The notes beneath the pieces were generated by a model. That model was given only the letters and a program-made list of their open reading frames with translations. It did not search any database and was not told the DNA's origin. This document shows positions 26,280 to 32,241 of a DNA stretch of 32,241 bases, in pieces. Source of the DNA: Candidatus Krumholzibacteriota bacterium (GTDB taxonomy: Bacteria > Krumholzibacteriota > Krumholzibacteriia > LZORAL124-64-63). The position numbers and the translations under genes are program-made. Each line of letters opens with the position of its first letter. The first letter of the stretch is position 1. The stretch spans positions 1-32,241 of the forward strand of contig JBDLKA010000034.1 in assembly GCA_039714075.1 (NCBI GenBank). Reading direction: 5' to 3'.

Positions 26280-27731
26280 CTATTTGATGAGCATCATCTT
26301 TCGGGTCTGCACGAATCCGTCCGCGGTGACCGAATAGAGATAGACACCGGCGCTGACGGTCGTGCCGGCGGCATCGGTACCGTCCCAGATCACGGTGTGG
26401 TCGCCGGGACCATAGGTTCCGTCCACCAGCGTCCGAATCTTCTTCCCGGCAAGATCGAAGATCTCAAGCCGTACGGCCGAACCGGTCGGCAGGCTGAAAC
26501 TTATCTCTGTCTTCGGGTTGAAGGGATTCGGATGGTTCTGGGAAAGTCCGTATTTACTGGGTAAATCCTTGTCGCCCAACAGACCCTCGAGATCCAGGTT
26601 CCTCGACTTGTTCTGATCGCACTGGCCGACGGCAGGAGCACCGCACATGCAATCCATCGGCGCCGGGCCGCCATTGAACATGTAGTCGACCAGATAGTCG
26701 ATATCGCCCATGTCGATGATGCAGTCGGCGTTGACGTCGCCGTTGCCCAGGGTGCTGGGCTCCGGTCCGCCGTTGCAGAGGAAATCGATCAGGAAGGTGA
26801 GATCGACGATATCGATCCCGCCGCTGTTGTCGAGATCGCCGGGAACCACGCCGTCGCAGTCGAAGGCGCACTCACCGATGGTCGGCGCGCCACACTCGCA
26901 ATCCATGGGCGCGGGTCCGCCGTTGAACATGTAGTCCACCAGATAGTAGACGTCGTCCCCGTCGATGATGCAGTCGGCGTTGACGTCGCCGTTACCCAGG
27001 GGGCTGGGCGGAGGACCGCCCTTGCAGAGCATGTTGATCAGGTAAACGAGGTCACTGATGTCGACTTGGCCGTCGGTGTTGGCGTCACCGTTGACCACGT
27101 AGTCGCAGGACGCTTCACACCCGCCGATGGTCGGTGCGCCACACACGCAGTCCATGGGCGCGGGGCCGCCGTTGAACATGTAGTCGACCAGATAGTAGAC
27201 GTCGTCCAGGTTGATGATGCAGTCGGCGTTGACGTCGCCGTTGCCCAAGGGGCTGGGCGGCGGACCGCCGTGGCAGAGCATGTTGATGATGAAGGTGAGG
27301 TCGCCGATGTCGAGCTGGCCGTCGCCGTTGGCGTCGCCCGGTAACACGACATCACAGGACGCTTCGCACGGACCGATGACGGGTGTACCACACACGCAAT
27401 CCAATGGTGCGGGGCCGCCCTTGAACATGTAGTCGACCAGATAGTAGGCATCGTCCAGGTTGATCTCGCAGTCGGCGTTGACGTCGCCGTTACCCAAAGG
27501 GAAGGGCGGCGGACCGTCGTGGCAGACAAAGTTGATAATGGACACGAGGTCGCTGATGTCGATTTGGCCGTCATTGTTGAAGTCGCCGGGCGTCACGCCA
27601 CGGCACGTATCAGGTGGAGGCAGAATGCCGCCCCCGCCACCAGGCAGGGAATCGGTCCCGCCGATGGCCAGAGTGGGACAGAGCAGAGCGGTCACCATCA
27701 GACAGATAGACAGGCGGACAAATGTTCGCAT
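26280..27731 (-). CDS. Secreted protein with four tandem Cys-rich dockerin-like domains and C-terminal FlgD-Ig/sorting domain
   Basis: Start MRTFVRLS (ATG 27731, AGGAGG RBS); signal peptide; 4x GDxNxDGxxDIxDL...GDVNADCxIxxxD; QNHPNPFNPKTEISFSL..WDGTD..GVYLY..TRKMMLIK. Confidence 0.88.
   Translation of the reverse strand: MRTFVRLSICLMVTALLCPTLAIGGTDSLPGGGGGILPPPDTCRGVTPGDFNNDGQIDISDLVSIINFVCHDGPPPFPLGNGDVNADCEINLDDAYYLVDYMFKGGPAPLDCVCGTPVIGPCEASCDVVLPGDANGDGQLDIGDLTFIINMLCHGGPPPSPLGNGDVNADCIINLDDVYYLVDYMFNGGPAPMDCVCGAPTIGGCEASCDYVVNGDANTDGQVDISDLVYLINMLCKGGPPPSPLGNGDVNADCIIDGDDVYYLVDYMFNGGPAPMDCECGAPTIGECAFDCDGVVPGDLDNSGGIDIVDLTFLIDFLCNGGPEPSTLGNGDVNADCIIDMGDIDYLVDYMFNGGPAPMDCMCGAPAVGQCDQNKSRNLDLEGLLGDKDLPSKYGLSQNHPNPFNPKTEISFSLPTGSAVRLEIFDLAGKKIRTLVDGTYGPGDHTVIWDGTDAAGTTVSAGVYLYSVTADGFVQTRKMMLIK
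26610..27605 (-). repeat. Four 249-bp (83-aa) intragenic tandem repeats
   Basis: CAGTCGGCGTTGACGTCGCCGTT recurs at 26722, 26971, 27220 and 27469 (period 249). Confidence 0.92.
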
Positions 27732-27867
27732 AATCGGGACCTCCTGAGGGAGTGAAAGGTTGTACCGGAGATCGTGTCCAGGTTGTTGGGAGAAAAATCC
27801 TGGCGACGATTCCGGAACCAGCGTCCCCGAACAAAGAGTTTGGCCGATTTTCAAGGGATTATTCGCG

Positions 27868-28392
27868 TCAGGGTGAGTCGGTCGAATCCGGGGGAGCGAA
27901 CTCCAATTCCAGCCGGGCGGCATCTGCTTCCTGGATTGTGATATACGACCGCGTGTCCCTGACCATGGTCTCGAGATCCAACCCGAGTTTCCTTTCCCCG
28001 GTCCACCGCGCGTGCCGCAAAGAATGATCATGCAGCCGCATTGCCCCGACAGGCCGGTCGGTAAATGCCTTCAAATGCGCCGCCGCGCACTGAATGACCG
28101 CCTGCAGCACATGCCCGGCATCGCTGCCGACCCCCGCCGCCAGCCACAATCCTTCCAGCACCTCGTGGCACTCCCACCAGTACCCTTCGTTGAACAGATC
28201 GATGCCGTACAGGTATTCTTCGCTCTTCCGCCAGTCCTCGTGGTTCAGGTCCGGCAGGTCGGGTTCGGGGCGACCGTAGGAGTGCCCCTCGGGGTTCCGC
28301 GTGGGGTGCGGCGTCTTTCCCGGAAGGTGGCGGTAGTCCGGAAGGGGCCTGTCGGTGTATCTTTTGCCGTCGGAGCCGGTCATGTTCGCCAT
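27868..28392 (-). CDS. DUF309-domain protein
   Basis: YLYGIDLFNEGYWWECHEVLEGLW..IQCAAAH; N-terminal PGKTPHP. Confidence 0.85.
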   Translation of the reverse strand: MANMTGSDGKRYTDRPLPDYRHLPGKTPHPTRNPEGHSYGRPEPDLPDLNHEDWRKSEEYLYGIDLFNEGYWWECHEVLEGLWLAAGVGSDAGHVLQAVIQCAAAHLKAFTDRPVGAMRLHDHSLRHARWTGERKLGLDLETMVRDTRSYITIQEADAARLELEFAPPDSTDSP

Positions 28393-28418
28393 CCTGCATC
28401 CTGGTTCGGGGGCCTCAT

Positions 28419-29153
28419 ATGATCAAGACCATCAACTGCGCGCACCGCGGGGCCTCGGGCCATGCGCCGGAGAATACCATCGCCGCTCTGGAAAAGGCCA
28501 TCGCCCTTGGCGCGGTCATGGCCGAGATCGACATCCAGCAGACGGCCGACGACCGGTTTGCGGTGTTCCACGACGATCTCCTCAACCGCACCACCAACGG
28601 GACCGGCCCTTTGTGGGAAAGGACCCTGCACGAATTGCAGGCCCTCGACGCCGGCTCCTGGTTCGGTTCCGAATTCGCCGCGCAACGCATTCCGTCCCTT
28701 GAAGAAATCCTCGATTTGACCCGCGGCCGCCTGCCATTGAACATCGAATTGAAGCTTCACGGACACGAAAGAGACGTTGTGGATTTGGTGATTCGGACAC
28801 TTCATGATAATAATATTGAGGATCATTGCCCCGTCAGAGGCCTGGTCACCTGTTTCGATCACCGAATCGCCGCGGAGATCAAACAGGCCGACGCCACCCT
28901 GATCGTGGGCGCCATCCTGGGCAAACAGCAGTTTTCCCCCGGCATTTTCGCAGCGCCGGTCGATGTCCTGAGCGCGGAAAAATCCCTGGTCGACGAAGAC
29001 TTCATGGCCGCCGCCCGAGGCGCCGGCAAGCAGGTCCACGTCTGGACCGTAAATGATCCTGAAGAGATGCACCGCCTGATCGACCTCGGCGTCGACGCGG
29101 TGATCACCAACTACCCGGACCGTTTTCCGGACCCGCAGAAAGGCACAGCGTGA
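28419..29153 (+). CDS. Glycerophosphodiester phosphodiesterase
   Basis: AHRGASGHAPENT, EIDIQ, FHDD, NIELK, WTVND, ITNYP. Confidence 0.95.
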   Translation: MIKTINCAHRGASGHAPENTIAALEKAIALGAVMAEIDIQQTADDRFAVFHDDLLNRTTNGTGPLWERTLHELQALDAGSWFGSEFAAQRIPSLEEILDLTRGRLPLNIELKLHGHERDVVDLVIRTLHDNNIEDHCPVRGLVTCFDHRIAAEIKQADATLIVGAILGKQQFSPGIFAAPVDVLSAEKSLVDEDFMAAARGAGKQVHVWTVNDPEEMHRLIDLGVDAVITNYPDRFPDPQKGTA

Positions 29154-30658
29154 CAGAAGCCAGCACCGACATTTCCGGCCGCCGCAAGATCATGGGCTTC
29201 ACCATCGGCTACTGGATGCTGAACATCATCGAGATGTTCGAGCGCCTGGCCTACTACTCGGTGCGCAGCGTGGTCGCGCTCTACATCATGCAGGCCGACG
29301 ACCCCCACGGCCTGCACTTCACCGCCGCGGACAAGGGCACCATCTATGCCTTCTGGTTCGCCTTCCAGTCGATCCTGCCCACGTTTACCGGCGGCTTCGC
29401 CGACCGCTACGGCTACAAGAAGTCGCTATTCGTGTCGATTACGCTGAACATCATCGGCTACATCATGATGGGCACGCTGACCTCGTACACGGGCTTCCTG
29501 TTGGGCGTGATTGTGCTGGCCACCGGAACGGCATTCTTCAAGCCGAGCATCCAGGGCTCGCTGGCCCACAACCTGACCAAGGACAACTCGTCGCTGGGTT
29601 GGGGCATCTTCTACTGGATCGTGAACGTGGGCGCCGCCAGCGCCCCGGTGCTGGCCAACTTCATCCGCACCGACATCAGCTGGCAGGCGCTGTTCTTCAC
29701 CGCCGCGGGCATCATGAGCCTGAACTATCTGATGCTGTTCACCTTCCGCGACTTCGAATCCGGCGCCGACAAGACGCAAGGTCCCATCCGGGTGCTGTTC
29801 CGCACCCTGCGCAACCTGGGCGACATGCGCCTGGTCACCTGGCTGCTGATCATGAGCTGCTTCTGGCTGATGATGTACGCGCTGTGGGATCTGCAGCCCA
29901 ACTTCGTGACCGACTGGAACGACTCGAGTGATGTGGCGGGCCTGATCCGCAGCGTGCCGTTCCTGCCTGAGGGCTGGGTGGTCGAAACCGACCGCGGGCC
30001 GCAGGTGCCGCAGGAATTGCTGATCAACCTGAACGCGGTGCTGATCGTGCTGCTGGTGATCCCGATATCCTACCTGGTCAGGAAAATGCGCACGCTCGAA
30101 TCGATGGTCATCGGCATGACCATGGCCACCGCCGGCGTCCTGATCGCGGGCCTGACCAACGTGGGCTCGGTGTTCCTGCTGGGCGTGGCCGGATTCTCGT
30201 TCGGCGAAATGCTGACCGGCCCCAAGAAGAGCGAGTACCTGGGCCTGATTTCACCACCAGGCAAGAAGGGCCTGTACCTGGGCTACGTGAACATTCCGGT
30301 GGGCATCGGCGGCCTGGTGGGCGCCAAGCTGCAGGGCTATTTCTACGGCAACTTCGGCGAGAAGGCGGTCCTGGCTCAGAAATACCTGGCCGAGCATACC
30401 GAATTCCTGAAGGGCGCGGTCTGGGACGGCAAGGTGTCCTCGCTGGACGCGACTTTGGGCATCCCGCGCACCGACGCTTTTCTGAAGATGCAGGAAATCA
30501 CCGGCCTGGACGCGGTGGAAGCCACCGACATGTTGTGGAACACCTACAGCCCCGGGCCCAACGTCTGGTACCCGTTTGCGGGCATCGGCGTGGCGGCGAT
30601 CATCGCGCTGGTCGTGTTCGCGCGCCTGGCGCGGCGATGGAAGGACATGGACGCGTAG
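29150..30658 (+). CDS. MFS transporter (POT/PTR peptide-transporter-like)
   Basis: EMFERLAYY (ExxERxxYY), GGFADRYG, FFKP, FYWIVNVGA; GTGA overlap with the GDPD gene. Confidence 0.88.
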   Translation: MTEASTDISGRRKIMGFTIGYWMLNIIEMFERLAYYSVRSVVALYIMQADDPHGLHFTAADKGTIYAFWFAFQSILPTFTGGFADRYGYKKSLFVSITLNIIGYIMMGTLTSYTGFLLGVIVLATGTAFFKPSIQGSLAHNLTKDNSSLGWGIFYWIVNVGAASAPVLANFIRTDISWQALFFTAAGIMSLNYLMLFTFRDFESGADKTQGPIRVLFRTLRNLGDMRLVTWLLIMSCFWLMMYALWDLQPNFVTDWNDSSDVAGLIRSVPFLPEGWVVETDRGPQVPQELLINLNAVLIVLLVIPISYLVRKMRTLESMVIGMTMATAGVLIAGLTNVGSVFLLGVAGFSFGEMLTGPKKSEYLGLISPPGKKGLYLGYVNIPVGIGGLVGAKLQGYFYGNFGEKAVLAQKYLAEHTEFLKGAVWDGKVSSLDATLGIPRTDAFLKMQEITGLDAVEATDMLWNTYSPGPNVWYPFAGIGVAAIIALVVFARLARRWKDMDA

Positions 30659-30660
30659 GG

Positions 30661-30710
30661 AAAAGTGTCCCCGGGGACACTTTTTGCGCGGATATCCGAT
30701 ATCCGCGCAA
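30661..30710. repeat. Two abutting palindromes (bidirectional terminator/REP-like)
   Basis: AAAAGTGTCCCCGGGGACACTTTT (30661-30684) and TTGCGCGGATATC-C-GATATCCGCGCAA (30684-30710) between convergent stops. Confidence 0.8.
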
Positions 30711-30712
30711 CG

Positions 30713-31189
30713 TCAGGCGTCGTTGCCGAATTTCTTGATCAAGGTCTCGGTGTGGGGGATGAATCCCTCGCCCCGGAAAAGCCGTTGCGACGCTTCGTTT
30801 GCCACGTCGATCTTGACCTCGATGTGCGGCACCCCTGTCGAGAGCAGCCACTCCTCGGCCGCCTCGAACAGGCGACGAGCGATTCCCTGCCGGCGGAACC
30901 GATCGGCCACGGCGATCTCCTGGACGAAGCCGAACTTCTCGATTGTCCTGATAGGAGGATATTCCTGAACGATGGCCACCACATACCCGGCAATTGTATC
31001 TCCATCATGCGCCACGAGGATTCGGTACGTATCGTCGTCGAGCTTCCCGGTGATGTAATCGGTCCACCTCGCTGAAGCTCCCTTCGACCTGACGAAATCG
31101 GGATCCAGAGAGCTGTGGAAGTCCATGAATTCGACCCAAAGGTCGACGAGGCCCCGGATATCACTCAGTTCGGCTCTACGGATTTCCAC
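30713..31189 (-). CDS. GNAT-family N-acetyltransferase
   Basis: EIRRAELSD, VADRFRRQGIARRL, NEASQRLF..EGF; GTG start at 31189 favoured (alternative ATG at 31207). Confidence 0.88.
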   Translation of the reverse strand: MEIRRAELSDIRGLVDLWVEFMDFHSSLDPDFVRSKGASARWTDYITGKLDDDTYRILVAHDGDTIAGYVVAIVQEYPPIRTIEKFGFVQEIAVADRFRRQGIARRLFEAAEEWLLSTGVPHIEVKIDVANEASQRLFRGEGFIPHTETLIKKFGNDA

Positions 31190-31395
31190 TTCGCGTCCTC
31201 GCTTCATGTCCAGCGTCTGTTTCACCGTCGATTCGTTGAGAATCGAACGCCGCCTCCAGCTCACGCTTGACCTTTTTGGCTGTCTGAATTCCACGCCCGC
31301 AGTACCAGATTACGGCGGCCACAAGTAGTCCACAGCAAAAGCGGGATGGCCAACGCGATCATGATCAATCCAATTAACCAGAAAAGGAGGACCAT
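31176..31395 (-). pseudogene. Possible frameshifted small membrane protein
   Basis: MVLLFWLIGLIMIALAIPLLL continues after a +1 shift as GLLVAAVIWYCGRGIQTAKKVKRELEAAF...P*. Confidence 0.3.
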
Positions 31396-31457
31396 CGTTT
31401 ACTCGCTTAAAAATCCAAACGGTGACTAATGTGGCTGGGATATTGGATATCCCTGCG

Positions 31458-31486
31458 GAAGAGGTACCCCCCGGGGGGCACTTTTC
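31458..31486. repeat. Degenerate copy of the CCCCGGGG palindrome
   Basis: GAAGAGGTACCCCCCGGGGGGCACTTTTC, intergenic. Confidence 0.55.
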
Positions 31487-31526
31487 GGCTTTTGGGGCAA
31501 ATATTCACCCCAAAGATCATGGGTTC

Positions 31527-32241
31527 CTACGCAGATCCCTTCCGGCTGCGGAAACGCCAAGCCCCAAAAACCAGCAGCGCAAGGACCAGGATCCCCCCGG
31601 CCACCAACTGGGCCAATCGCCAGACAAGATGATCGATCAGCGACCGCGTCCGCTCAAGCGATCGGTCCACCGTCCGCCCGGCCGACGCCTCGACCTCCTG
31701 CAAAATAAGCGCGCGTTCGGCCGCAAGCAGGGCGAAGGTCTCGGCCTGGATCGCCGCCATGCGGGCGAACAGAGTATCTCGCTCGACCGCCCACATTTCA
31801 CGTGCCAGTTCCATTTCCCGCTCGGCCAGTTCACCGCCGGTGATCATCAGCGCGGCGACCTGCCGCGCCAGGATGGGTTCCAGGTCATCCAGCGTGAGAC
31901 GGATGCGGTCGATGTTCACTTCGATGGAGTCGACCCGGGCCAGGAACTCCCCGAATTCCCCATCGGCCATGGCTTCGCCCATCAGCAGTTGGGTTTCCCA
32001 GCGGGCCTGCTTGCGCAGGTTTTCCGACAGGATGTCCACGCGGGCGAGGAGATCGTGCAGGGAGACTTCCATGCGTCCCACCATGGCAAATCCGCCGCCG
32101 CTTTCGGAAGCGTATTCCGCCCATAAGGGCGTGGTCGATTCCCGGATGAACCCCAGGTCCTTGAGCGGATGATTCCCCACCCAGTTTTCCAGTTTGTTTT
32201 CCAGTTTGGAGACGTCGCCGGATACCGATCCCAACTGGCCC
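31527..32241 (-). CDS. Hypothetical helical protein with C-terminal TM anchor (5' end outside window)
   Basis: Open frame running to the window edge; coiled-coil-like body; LVAGGILVLALLVFGAW followed by RFRSRK. Confidence 0.7.
   Translation of the reverse strand, partial: GQLGSVSGDVSKLENKLENWVGNHPLKDLGFIRESTTPLWAEYASESGGGFAMVGRMEVSLHDLLARVDILSENLRKQARWETQLLMGEAMADGEFGEFLARVDSIEVNIDRIRLTLDDLEPILARQVAALMITGGELAEREMELAREMWAVERDTLFARMAAIQAETFALLAAERALILQEVEASAGRTVDRSLERTRSLIDHLVWRLAQLVAGGILVLALLVFGAWRFRSRKGSA

Noticed and set aside
26610..27605. Repeat array as CRISPR or DGR
   Set aside because: In-frame 249-bp coding repeats; no spacers, cas or reverse transcriptase genes, and no evident A-specific variation

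Overview
High-GC bacterial genomic window. The dockerin plus FlgD-Ig/'NPFNP' C-terminal sorting signature suggests an FCB-group lineage such as Krumholzibacteriota, Latescibacterota or Zixibacteria (inference). The left 8.3 kb is a minus-strand operon hdrA'-qmoC-hdrA''-mvhD-mvhG-mvhA-maturation protease-(GNAT). It encodes a group 3c [NiFe] hydrogenase coupled to two complementary, asymmetrically degenerated HdrA paralogues and to a membrane heme-b QmoC-like subunit in place of HdrBC. Its AT-rich promoter carries a Rex-like operator. This is the best candidate for an undescribed system: an H2-driven, flavin-bifurcating ferredoxin/quinone reductase. The rest of the window holds a DUF4197 lipoprotein, an outer-membrane beta-barrel, a di-heme cytochrome c peroxidase, a putative gluzincin, an ABC pair, GNATs and an S41 peptidase. 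It also holds a miniature LptF/G-like protein, an ATPase-less MacAB-TolC-like operon with two adaptors, an ECF sigma/anti-sigma pair, a secreted protein with four tandem Cys-rich dockerins, DUF309, a GDPD and an MFS/POT transporter. A family of GTGTCCCCGGGG(A/G)CAC palindromes is dispersed in intergenic regions. No rRNA, tRNA, CRISPR array or transposase was recognised.
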